Shown in pieces: positions 1 to 11,390 of a stretch of DNA of 53,806 nucleotides (position 1 is the first letter of the stretch; each line of letters opens with the position of its first letter). The notes below the pieces were generated by a model, which saw nothing but the letters and a program-made list of their open reading frames with translations, had not been told where the DNA came from and searched no databases. Location of the stretch: the NCBI GenBank assembly GCA_900088475.1, contig FLMG01004608.1, positions 1 through 53,806 on the forward strand, read 5' to 3'. Position numbers and translations under genes: made by a program. The stretch is from Hyphochytrium catenoides. Lineage: Eukaryota > Protista > Hyphochytriomycota.

Positions 1-75
1 AGAGTAATAGATAACAGTCTCCCTAGGCAAATAGGTAAAGCAGAGAAAAGAAGGAGAACCACATCCATGGGTGAA

Positions 76-113
76 TGGAGAGAGAGAGAGAGGAAGAGAA
101 TGTAAGAGAGTAA

Positions 114-156
<43 letters not shown>

Positions 157-188
157 CGTAAGAGAGAGAGAGAGAGAGAGAGAGAAAC

Positions 189-223
<35 letters not shown>

Positions 224-530
224 GTAAGAGAGAGAGATTGAGAGAGTGAGAGATCGAATCCCAGAACGGCAACGAAAATCGATGGAAAGAGACACACATA
301 GACAGACGAAAGAGGTGGTGAAGGAGAGAAAGGGAGGAACTAAGGCATAATGGGAGAAAAGTCGAAAGAAAGTGATATCCTAAACCCAGAGAGAAGGATG
401 ACACTAAGAGGGAATATGCCCAGACAGACCTCAAAGGGAGAAAGAGGGAAAAGAGAGAGAGGGAGGGAGAGAGAGAGAGAGAGGGAGAGAAGAGAGAGAG
501 GAAGAGAGAAATGGTGTTATTGATAGAGAG
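76..530. repeat. (GA)n microsatellite/low-complexity tract with three interspersed AAACGTAA units (~153-228)
   Basis: Directly visible GA dinucleotide runs; GAGAAACGTAAGAGAG recurs three times. Probably intronic for the minus-strand gene running off the window. Confidence 0.9.
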
Positions 531-576
531 AAGCGAGAACTAAACCAGGAACAGAACTCTTCTTCCTCCTTCTTAC

Positions 577-1397
577 CTTCCAATCCCAACTGTCTTCGTC
601 CACTTCACTTCGCTCACGCCTCTCTTCCAAAGCCTGAAGGCAACCTTTCTCACAGCTCTAAAGTGAATAGAGAGGATCGTCCTTATTGATCGGGCGGCCT
701 CTCTTCGTGCTGCGTGGCCCCACAATCAGAAGAGCCCAGAGAAAGAAAGAGTGTGGAGAGAGAGAGTCCACATAGATAAGAGAAGAAGGTAAGAGACTAC
801 GTTCAAGGGACGAGACCTGATTGGATAGTATAGCGTGGAAAGATAAAGATATATGAACGGCAGCATTAGCTGAGAGGGCAAAAAGGAAAGAGAGAGGAAA
901 AGAATGAGGCAAGAGAAGTGAGTGCGAGAGACACAGAGTATAGACAAAGAGAGAAACAGAGAGAAAGAGAGGATTGAGGAAGAGAAAGAGTCTACTAGAA
1001 TGCGGAAAGTCTGATCTGATCCTCTTAGAGGTGAAGAGAACGATCAAGGCAATGCTGAAAGATGTTGGCCCCTTAGAGACAGCTACGAACCGTGAGCGGA
1101 CGGATCTGACGCTTCTACCCGCTGGAGGACCTTGCGGTAAATATCTGCCGCAGCTGTTGCTGTTGCTGCATTTGAGGAGTCAAAGCACTCACTTGCACCT
1201 CGGCCGTTCGAGGGACTGACCGGCCCTAACAGAGATTTAGTTCTGCAAACAAGTATAGACGAGCCATCTATAGGATAAATAATAGAAGACTGAGACGCGC
1301 TGAGAGAGGACGACTCGTCGGTGCTTCCTCTTTCTGGCCCGAGCGTTTGGGGCAACCGCAGTCGCGTAGCTTTGTGCGGTATCTCGGGCGCCATCAT
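577..1397 (-). CDS. Hypothetical protein, 5' part (3' exons unresolved or outside the window)
   Basis: Putative exons 1397-1091 (MMAPEIPHK...ASDPSAH, donor gttcgt) and 709-577 (ARREAARSIRTILSIHFRAVRKVAFRLWKRGVSEVKWTKTVGIG; acceptor cgcag, donor gtaag) are phase-compatible. No family recognised; start codon uncertain. Confidence 0.4.
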
Positions 1398-1911
1398 CTT
1401 ACTCCGATTTTTCTTCACATGTCCATCAATTCCTATGACCAGGTTGGACCCAGCCTAAACGGTTCATACCATAGCTCAGCCTCTATCAATGTCAAGGGGA
1501 GCTCTACTCCTCTGCCGAGAAGTCTCTCACAGAGCTTCATAATGGATCTCTTCAATCTTCATGGCGCTGATTCTTCTGCAGATTTCCTTTGGCATCACCA
1601 ACCAACCGAACCGACAAAATCCGTTTCAGCACCAGAATCGATAACCGAACTGCTCTACTATTCAGTTATCAATTGATGAGGGCCAATGAGTTGAGGGCAA
1701 TAAAATCCTTCAGAAGCTTCAAAAACAGCGGAAGAGAGTCTTCAAAAGGCTCATCTCCCGGCGCAGCTCTACAGCTTCTGATGCGCTGGGCACTCTGCTG
1801 GGCTGCTGGGCACCTGTGTCTGTCCTGCTCGCTTGTGTGACGTAGGTGGAGCTGTATAACAACCTTGGTTGGGGAGGTAGATTGGCTTGTCTACTGCCAT
1901 CTTCCACTAGA

Positions 1912-4900
1912 ATGGAGTCAGCGTCATCAAGCAAGGGATCACGCTTTGAGGGTCAGATCCCAGAGAAGCAACACTTATGCGTAGAGTTCCCATTCTATTT
2001 CAAGGTTAGTATGGCTCTAGAGCCGTCCAACTGTAGAAAAGCCCGAAGAATCGTCGTGTTTCCTCTCTCCCTCTCCTTTACTCGCAGACACATTCTCTCC
2101 TCTCACCTACCATTGATGCTCTTTTTGTACCCCTTTGCAAATCTCTATAGGATCCGAAGAAAGCGCTAGAGACAATAGGAGGAGAGAGCAAGCTTGCCGA
2201 GGCTGTTGCTGGATCATCAAAGTTCCTGGAGCTACGTTTCCGTCCTCACGATGTTTACAGCCATCCCGCTTTCGGCGACCGGACAGAAAGTCAAGGGCTG
2301 CTTCTCCGAGTCCGACGCAAGAGAAAAAGAGGTTTGTCACTTCGTCTATCACTTCTTTGTCTTCTTCTGTATCACTTCTTGGGTCTTCTCTCTTCGGCTT
2401 ACTCCTTTACCTTCTTTTCCTATGTTCGTCCAAGCTTCCTCCTCGTCCCCAGGTCTCTCTTCTAAAGTAGTCAAACGCGGTTGCTAGCGCCCTCGTGACA
2501 TCTCTATCGTCTCCAAAATATCACATATGTAAATGTGTGCTGTCTCTCTGTTTCTCTCTACATAACGTTCTCTCTTAACCCCCGCCATCACACACTCTTT
2601 CTCTCTCACATTGCTCTTTGTACTCCAGCGACAGAGAGTAGATCCGTCTTGGTGGGGGCAGAGATCGTGGGCTTTGTGCCTATTTCCTACAAGTTCAACG
2701 GAATGGCGGACTACCAATATATCGCCCAGCCACTGGAAGAACAGAAAGTCCCGCTTTATGAAAAAGATTTGAGCATTGTCAACAGGACTACGGCCGATTT
2801 CGTAAGCAACCCTCTCCTCTGTCTTTGTGACTTCCCGTTTCTCTCTCTTTTTCTCTCTCTGTCTCTCTTTCTTTCTCTCTCTCGCTCTCGCGCTCTCTCT
2901 CTCTCGCGCGCGCGCTCTCTCTCTCTCCTCCACTGTCTGTTGCCTATTCCTTTTCGCCTTCTTCTCCCGGCCCGCCAGACTGTTCTATGAAATGCAAGCC
3001 CGTTTCCCTATGTCTGTACCTCTCGATATACCCTGCCTAAGGCTCTTACGCTCTGCTCGATCTGGATTGGTATCACTTCCTCCTTTCTCTTTCTCTTTTC
3101 CTGTTTATTCTTTCTTCCTACTTACGCCCTGTTCCACCTGGAGTGCTGTCACTTCCTCCTTGCTGTTTCTCTCTTCTCTTCCTCCTATCTTCTCTTCCTA
3201 CACCTCTCCTCTCTGTCCGTCTTTTGCTCTCTCTCCTTCTTTATTCTGGCTTTTCGGCTCACTGTCTCGTCTATATTTTGCAGTCAGAGCCAAACAGAAT
3301 ACTGCCTCCGATCTTCTCCAGAACCGATCTTCCTCAGCCGTACGCCTTCCAGCAGAGCGCCCTTGGCAAGTCGTTAGGAAAGGTACCTCTTAATGTCCAA
3401 TACTACCGCTGCAGTCTCAAGAGATATGTTCCCTCTTGACCGTCCAAGCCCTCGCCCTACTTCTTTCTTTCCGCGTTCTAGCATCTCCCCATACCTGTCT
3501 TCCCTCTCCTACTCTACTGCTTGTCAATGACTCCTGCTCTCTATGACATCCCTTCCATTGTCTATTAACTAAGCGCTGTCAGCCCTACTCCTGACTCACC
3601 ATGCGTTATCGAGACCCGTCTCACCTCTCAATGAACTTTGCAGAAGGGGAAGATAAAACCAGCTGGGGAGGAAGAGGATCACAAGCATCCCAATTTTGTA
3701 TGTCAGGTCGACTTCCGCGGACGTATTCCTGACACCAACACCGCTCTCAGCGCCTCTGCTTACACCGTTGGCTCTATTGAGGAAGAGCTCTTCAATCTTC
3801 TTAAAGAACTGTTTACGCAGCAGCCAGTGTGGTCCCGCACAAAGGTAGCTGCTACATCTTCTGCCTTGTCCCTCATTCCTTTCTCTCCTCTCACACTGAC
3901 ACCTTGTGATGGGCTCCGTTACACATCTTCCTCGTACTGATCGCCCAGCTACCATGGCCCATACATAGTGCCTAGCTCCTGATTTTGCCCTCGCTCAGAC
4001 CTGATCCCCTGATGCCTTAGAGTTCGTCGCTCGATCTAAATTTGCTTACCCTTGATCGTTAGATCTCTCTTCAATGTTCTCTCTTCTTTCTTCCGGACTA
4101 CGAGTGAACATCGATTCTAACTTTTCATTCAAACCTTCTTGGCGGAATAGCTGGATAAACGGGTTCCTGATCGCATGCGAAAGCTCCTGAAGTCCGTCCT
4201 TCCACATATCGCGTACACTTTTACTACGGGGCCTTGGAGGATGCTTTGGTTGCGCTTTGGCTTTGATCCCAAAACAGATCCAGCTACTCGCTTCTCTCAG
4301 GTTGCTCCTAAAGTGACTGTCTCTCCACAATTATATTGCGCCCTCGCTATCGCTCTCTTCTTCGCCACTCTCTCTGCTCTTCTATCTCGCTTGTTTCCCC
4401 GGTGGCGTGTACGATAGCGGAACGTCGCCCAACCAAGTGCCTTTCTAGTCTCTCCTGTAGGTCCATATGGTTCACCCTGATCTGTCTCACACTGCCCTAT
4501 CTATTCTTAGCTTCTATAACAGCTTTCTCCCTCTTCTCTTGTTACTGCTGGTTTGGTGTAGATGGTTGACCTGCGCATCCGGTTGCCAGAGAAAAGAGAA
4601 GAGCAAGATTCATCTCTATCTTTCTCGTGGGAGAAGAGGACGATGATGAGTGTAGGTCCTCTGCTCACGGCAGAGAACATAGCAGCGGCGAAGAAGACAT
4701 GGGACGATGCCCCTCCTCCAGGCAGGAGAAAGAAGAGGAAGCTGTCAGGTTCCCCAGAGAAGAAAACCACAGGGGCTAGTATTGATGAGACACCACCCTA
4801 CATGGGTCAACGATTTGTACCGCAAAGGAGGAAAGGTGCCGACGTCGATGGTGCAAGAACAACGTGGCATTTCACCCGTGAAGACGAGAGAGCGTTAGTA

Positions 4901-6394
4901 ATCCCTTTCTCTCTTTTCCCCCCCTCTTTTCTCTCCTTTATCCACAACCTTTTGTCCTCCAAGCCCCGAAATAGCTGGGCCAAGAATGCGTGCCGGAACG
5001 AGGCGCTAACTCTGCATTTGTCTTCGGTTACCGGCAGGCAAGAGAGAGTGCAGCTTTACCACATTGCGGTTCGAAACGAGGAAGAGGAGAAGCAGGAAAG
5101 AGAGAAGCTACTACGCACAGAAAGAGGATCCAAGACTGGCGGCGGTCAACGCGTGAAGCCAATGACTTTTGGCAAGCTGTTGCGTCAAAGGGTAGTGCCG
5201 CAGATTTGTGACCTGTACGATGATCCAGAGATTCGAGAGCTCCTCACGACAACCCAGGTCTCTCCACCGCTGAGCAGTGCTTAGTACTTGGAATTTATCG
5301 TCACTCTCTCGAACTCTAGCGGTGTTGGCTTTGTTGCGCTAGGGCACAGCTTGCCTCTCGTAGATCTAAAGGCACTCCTTTTTGTTCTCTAAGTTTGACA
5401 TATACGCGACACTGATAAATCGTTTGTGACAGCCTCTCTCGTGCTGCACGGAGAAGAGCGGATGGTTTCCTAAGCGCTTGTTGAGTGTTGTCCGCCTGAT
5501 CCTGCGGATAAAGTTGGAGGTTCTCGCAGCTGGCAATGCAGATAGTTTCCGTATCCAAAGAGATATTGGTAAGTAGTAACAAGCACTGAGTGAGGATCGA
5601 TCGGATGATAGGAGGGGGAGGAGAAAGCAAGAGGAAGAGAGAGACCGGGCCCAGAGCGGGCTGAGTAGAGCAAACAAATGATGGGAATGCGTTCTCGAAA
5701 CGGTCACAGTAGTGTTAGACTTATGGCTGTTCTGCTGGGACAGTGTGAGTATGCAGCGGACAGAGTCCCTCGGATATAGAGAATGAAGGATTGAGGGATG
5801 AAGTTAGCTCTGGGTGGGCAGGTGGACAAGCTGCTGGTATCCAGAGGAAGTGTCAGAGCCAATGGAGCGCGTAGCAAGCTAAAGGGACCCTGTCTATTCT
5901 TTAGGCATTGCCATAAGAGAGACGCATCTCTTGCAAGGGAAACTCTCTCGCCGCAAAAGATCGGAGAAGCCAAGGACAAGCAAGGTTAGAAGCGGCTTCT
6001 GAGATCACTTGCTAATGTGCTTCTTCTCACTCTTGCTACATTTACTTTGCTTTCATTTGGTCTTTTCTCTGTCTTCCTTTCTTCCAACTTTCGTCCTTTC
6101 GGTGGCAGGGAACTGTTCTACTCTTTTCTGATCTTGAGCGCGTATCATGTGCGCGAACTGAGCAGTCCTTGCGTCTTTCCTTTTCAAATGCAGAGCAAGA
6201 AGAGTTCTGCCAGCCAAGAGAGTAGTGAGAGTGACGAGGAAGAAGATGTAGAAGACATGGAAGAAGATGATGATGAGGAAGATATGGTGGAAGGAGAAGA
6301 GGAGGTAATGGAGGAGAGCGAGGAAAGCGAGGATGAGCATTTGGAAGCCGAGACATACGACACAGAGAGTCTCACTGGGCCGCAGTATGTGTGA
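1912..6394 (+). CDS. GTF3C5: RNA polymerase III transcription factor IIIC subunit 5 (Tau95/Tfc1/Sfc1 family), ~11 exons
   Basis: Exons ~1912-2004, 2151-2331, 2629-2801, 3284-3382, 3644-3844, 4151-4300, 4562-4893, 5038-5257, 5433-5568, 5905-5984, 6194-6394, all GT-AG and phase-consistent. Tau95 motifs appear in order: CVEFP..KALETIGG, LELRFRPHDVYSHP, FNGMADYQY, LPPIFSRTD, LFTQQPVWSR, AYTFTTGPWRMLWLRFGFDP, QICDL, EKSGWF, then an acidic tail. The exact 3' end is less certain. Confidence 0.92.
2840..2930. repeat. (CT)n microsatellite in a GTF3C5 intron
   Basis: Visible CT runs with a short CG run. Confidence 0.85.
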
Positions 6395-7596
6395 CGCACT
6401 TCCATTTGACCCCAAAGCAATGTTCTTGAAGGGCCGCAGCTCTGGACAATCTGTCCTCTCTTTCCTTCTCCCTACTTGTTCAAGAGAGACGCTGACCGCC
6501 AAACGAGAGCTGGAAGGTTTCGCAGATAAGAAGAGCACCACCAGCTTAATAGTGTGGGGGCCTATCAATCTCTCTGGTGTCACTCGTCCTTGAGAGTCCT
6601 GTGTGAGTGGAAGGAGAGCATTTTAAACATAGCAGTGATCATTATAACATCCTCTCAACCAACAATGAGGCGACGAGAGCTAGTGTACATTACTCGTCCA
6701 TTCTTGTTGTCATTAACCATGACGTACAGCAAAGGCTTTACCATAAACTCTCTACAGCAGTGCAACAGCCAAGACAAAGAGAGGCTATTGTTTGTTTTGC
6801 CACCTGCGCTGCCCGCGTTCTTCAGGCTGGTGTTTGTCTTGCCATCCCAGTAGCATCAGCAAGCAAGCTTATGGTGGTGCTCAAAGTAGGGGTTTTACTC
6901 GTGAGACAGTGGACAGAGATGAATGATGGAGAGAGTAGTGCCCAGGTTCTTACCCTTCTTCGCTGTCTCATCATCAAGTGCAAATGACCATGATTGACGA
7001 TGATGGCGTGCAGAGGGCGATGGCATGCTATCTTTCTTAAGATCTCTGCAGACTTTATGAGTTCAGTCATTCCAAGCCAAACTTCACCCTTCCCGAATAA
7101 GGAGCTGTGGAGAACAAAGGCGATCGATCTCTCACGAAGGGCAAAACCTCGGGAAACCTTCATCAGCTCTTTCCGGAGTTAATCGAGGGGACACCAACCG
7201 TGTGCGATGATGAGGTTCTGATGAGAGTCTTCTCCCGGGATCGCTTTTGGACTAGCTGCTCTATTATTATAAATGCTCTTGCAAAGGCTGCAAAAGGTCT
7301 CTAACCCCGCCTTCTTCTTGATAGCCCTGGTTCTCATTCTCATCTCCCCGTTATTGCCAATTATTGCTATCATTATTCCTCGAGATGACCCGCTACAGTT
7401 GTATGGTATTTACAGCTGTGTGATTGAGGATTCAGTCAGATGATGTGTGATTCATCATTTTTTGGGCCTTCTTCTCACCTTTTATCAGTTCATACGAGGT
7501 GCCAGCGATGGATATCTGCTTGCACATCTTGCACATCATCCACTCTTTGAGAAGGTTATCGAGAGCACTACCAATCTTCCGTGTGGCTCTCTGAAC

Positions 7597-8418
7597 ATGG
7601 CAGAAAAGACAGCTGTTTACACCGGCGGCCATCATGAGTCAGTCCTCCGTTCACATCGATGGCGAACAGCGGAAAACTCCGCTGGATATCTTCTGAGTGC
7701 CCTCCGTTCGGATATGAAGATCCTTGATATTGGATGTGGTCCGGGAACGATAACCGTCGATTTCGCCAGACTCGTACCCGAGGGCGAAGTGATCGGGGTA
7801 GACTACGAACCAAGCGTAGTGGACAAAGCAAGAGAGATGGTGGCTTCACAGTCCCAAGCACAAAATGTCCGCTTCTTAGTTGGAGATATCACTACTGCAC
7901 TTGAGTTCCCAGATGACTCCTTTGATGTCGTTCATGCACATCAGGTCCTACAGCATGTAGCAGACCCAGTCTATGCGCTTCATGAGATGCGTCGATTAAC
8001 GAGGCCAGGAGGCATTATTGCCTGTCGAGAGTCAGACTTCTCTGCGATGACGTTCTATCCAGAGCTGGAACAGCTGAAAGAATGGCAGAGCTTGTATGTA
8101 AAGTTGGCTCGTCACAACGGCGGAGAGCCGGATTCTGGCCGTCGTTTGGTTTCATGGGCGCACAGGGCAGGTATAGAGCGTGAAAAGATCACCGCTAGTG
8201 CTGGAACCTGGTGTTACAGCAGCTTGGAGGAGCGCAATTGGTGGAGTGCCATCTGGGCAGATCGCGTCGTCGCCTCATCCTTTGGCAAGATGGCGACAAG
8301 CGCGGGCTTCGCCTCTGAAGAAGACTTGAATCGCATTGCGGACGGTTGGAGACGATGGGGTTCAGAAGAAGATGCGTGGTTTGCTGTGCTTCACGGCGAG
8401 ATCCTTTGCCGCAAATGA
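7597..8418 (+). CDS. Class I SAM-dependent methyltransferase (UbiE/Methyltransf_31-like), intronless
   Basis: ATG at 7597 (MAEKTAVYTGGHHESVLRSHRWRTAENSAGYLL); motif I ILDIGCGPGTIT; VIGVD; FPDDSFDVVHAHQVLQH; LTRPGG; ends WFAVLHGEILCRK-TGA. Confidence 0.92.
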   Translation: MAEKTAVYTGGHHESVLRSHRWRTAENSAGYLLSALRSDMKILDIGCGPGTITVDFARLVPEGEVIGVDYEPSVVDKAREMVASQSQAQNVRFLVGDITTALEFPDDSFDVVHAHQVLQHVADPVYALHEMRRLTRPGGIIACRESDFSAMTFYPELEQLKEWQSLYVKLARHNGGEPDSGRRLVSWAHRAGIEREKITASAGTWCYSSLEERNWWSAIWADRVVASSFGKMATSAGFASEEDLNRIADGWRRWGSEEDAWFAVLHGEILCRK

Positions 8419-8919
8419 TGATAGTTGCCTTAGTACCTAAGTTCGAGGCATTACTATCAGTAGTACACCACCCGAACATACAGACCGTCACTGACTAATG
8501 TGATCTACTTTGGAGTCAGCGATTCCTTTTCTTCAAACTTGTGTGCGAAGGCAAAGCAAATGTTATTTGGATCCTTCTATGCGGTCGTCCGCTCGCAAAG
8601 AGAAGCCTACAGAAAACGTTATACAAGGACAATGGAGCAATGGAGCAAACAGCAATATCGTCGTGAGGGATCCATGACATAAAGAGAGTTGACAGGAGCG
8701 AAGAGCCAAACAAGATTGTCAGTGATACCCAGAGAATCGTAAGAAGAAGGAGGGGCGGTAAAGGAAGAGAAAGAAGACGACAGCACAGCAAGTAGGATTT
8801 GTACAGAAGAAGACGAAGTCCCAGCACAGAACAGTAGTAGATTAGTAGTAAGTAGCTAAACAAACCCACCCACAACGTGGGATGGTAGGTAGAAAAGCTA
8901 GCCCCAAGGTGCGCAATCG

Positions 8920-9642
8920 GCCCTGCTACGTTCCATTACTTCAGACATTAACAGTCCACCTCTCACCACTTGGCTCATCTCTAATTTCGCCTTCTCCAGC
9001 CCAAGCATAAGAGATAGGCTCCGCCCCTCTCACTAACAAGACCCACGATGGCGGAGCCTTCAAGCGTTACAGCAGCGGCGAATGAGGGTGGTGATAATGT
9101 CACCGGAGGGACGTCCCTCCGATGATGTTCCTCGCGGTCCGCGACCCCGCGGACGGTAAAAGTCCTACTGAAGGAACTAAACACGGACTCTGCTACAACA
9201 GCTGGTAAGCAAACACCCGACTGCTTCTGAAAACCAACAACTCCTCCCAATGCGTCTCAGCTGACTATATGACTTCACGATACAATACGAGCGGCTCCTT
9301 CTTCTAAAGTTGATGACAGCAGTCAGCGGAGACGCGTTTGGAGTTAGCTTTCAAAAGCATTCAGGTGCTTGCTGCTTTATCAGCTGTAGCGGAGTCCGTG
9401 TTTACTAGGTCTTTTAACGTGACCGCGAGGAGGAGGGACATCACCGGAGGGACGTTCCCCCGGTGACATTATCACTACCCTCCTTCGCCGCTGTAACACT
9501 TGAAGGCTCCGAAATCGTGGGTCTTGATAGTGAAAGGGGCGGAGCCTATCTTTCTTGGGCTGGGGAAGGCGAAATTAGAAATGAGCCAACAAGTGGTTCG
9601 AGGTGGACTGCTATTGCCTGAAGTAATGGAACGTAGCAGGGC
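8920..9642. repeat. Long imperfect inverted repeat (fold-back): arms ~8920-9266 and ~9321-9642, spacer ~54 bp
   Basis: The left arm start GCCCTGCTACGTTCCATTACTTCAG is the reverse complement of CTGAAGTAATGGAACGTAGCAGGGC at the right end. Complementarity continues inward, with substitutions and small indels, to GCGTCTCAGCTGACT / AGTCAGCGGAGACGC. Confidence 0.93.
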
Positions 9643-11390
9643 TGCTGATGAGTTGCCACCAGAAAGTAAGGTGACGGTGGAAGAGAAGGAGGCAAAATCA
9701 GTGCTGAATTAAGATCGTCAACAAAACTCCCCAAGTAAAACCTGACCGCCTCTCGATTGATTTGGATGAGGAGAATTTCAATTTTCGATCGACTCATCCG
9801 GCGCGCAAATGAATCTCGTTTGATGGTGAAAGAAGCGAAACTGACGGCTGTAATGCATCTTCTTGATAAGTGCTTTCTGTAGTTCTAGAAGAAGAATTGT
9901 CCGTGATGAACGTGAACGGCCATCGAAATCCTAAGGCTTAGTTCTGCACGTAGCTGCGAAACTATTTCCTAGAATCGTACGCAAATAACATGGATCACGT
10001 GCTGTTGTAAATGAACGGGCTACAGTACTCATACCGAACAGAAATGTCATCCTATTTCTACTTTCTCATGTATTTGTATAGGGCTCTACTTCAACGATGA
10101 CCGTTTTACCATTTTCTCCAAGACAGACGGAGATCGAAGCGAAGGGCAAGGGACAAGGACGCGCACAAAAGGCCAATTTCACGACCTTCATTCCTATTCT
10201 TGGCCCTGGTCAATTATCCTGTAATTCTTACTGCAGACAAGTTTGGTAAAAGGACTGCCATTCATAAATGACGCAGATATCCCCCCTAACCTTTGTGTAA
10301 AATACTCTGCTAAGATTCAAAATTCACACCGTAGAAGAAAGAAAGAGGGCCTTTGCAAGGGGGACAAAAGAGAGACGAAGAACAAGGTAGAACGGAGGAG
10401 GAGGAGGGGGGAGAAAGAATACTCACAGTCCTAGGAAGAGAGAGAGAGCATGGGGTCCGAAGGCGATACGTTATTACAAGGGCGTAGCTTGTCTGAAGAG
10501 GGGAGGAAGAGCACTGGAAGACAAGTCTCCCTCCTTCAATTCTTCTTCAAAGACTGTCATCCCTCAACCATAGGAAAGGTAAGGAAGATAAGGCCTTAGA
10601 TAAGCCATCAGTCGCCCTTTGGTGCTTGCTCCTTCCCTTCCTCTTCTTCCTACCTCTTGTTGGCTCTCAAGCCTCAGACCTCGTTTAGCCTTGTTTGGTC
10701 GCTTTGCGGTGCTTCTGCTCTTTCCTCCCCCTGCTTCTATTCCCCTCTTCCTCATCAGGTACCTGTACAATCAGCATGGTAAATCCCGTGAACCTAACCC
10801 TTAGAATATAGCGGGAGATCAAGAAAGAGGGAGGGAGAGAGAGGAGAAGAAGGGAAGGGCACAGAAGAGGAAGCAGCGGGCGAGGAAAAGATAATAAGAG
10901 CAGACGCTTCTTTGCTGCGAGGGGTTTATAAGGAGGCCATAACTTTTTGCCTTGTTGCTTGCCGGTCACTCATCATGGGACTTTCTTGCTCTGTACTTGT
11001 GGCCGGCAATAGTGGCGGAGTCCTCACTCAGCTGCTCTTCCTTCTCTGCCCTTCGTCATCCCTCTCTTCTTCTGACCCCTATCAACCGTCACTCCCCTTT
11101 CCCCTTTCCTCTTTCTACCCCTGTGCCTTGCGTGCAGTTTATTGAGATGTTTAGATTGCGTGCATCTTCCCATTGTTATCCCCTATCATTTGTCGCTCTT
11201 CCGTCATCAGAAGAGCCTATTGCAAGGAGCCCAACTCTGACCGAAACAATAATCGAGTTGCTCATTTTTTGTTCTCCTCCCCAACGAAAGCCAACTAGCC
11301 GCGAGCTGACATTTGCGGCTCAGATCCTGTAGACTTCTCTAATCTGGTTCGCCCATCGGGAGCGAATAAACCGCTGGAAGTGAAGACTCA

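Noticed and set aside
23-295. S/L-rich and R/E-rich ORFs here and at 2484-2990, 19879-20443, 46017-46370 and 52015-53705
   Set aside because: Translations of CT/GA microsatellites, not coding.
1020-1110. Apparent LRR-like LSLRGQHLSALP after an in-frame TAG, hinting at stop-codon reassignment
   Set aside because: A splice donor at 1090 explains the stop. ARP3 ends correctly at TAG, other genes end at TGA, and the 989-codon GPCR frame has no internal stops, so the code is standard.
6600-7304. Overlapping 60-126 aa ORFs between GTF3C5 and the methyltransferase
   Set aside because: No recognisable motif or consistent splice chain. Could be UTR or a decayed relic but cannot be supported.
7447-7596. 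GTG-initiated N-terminal extension of the methyltransferase ORF
   Set aside because: Eukaryotic context; the family-like sequence begins at ATG 7597.
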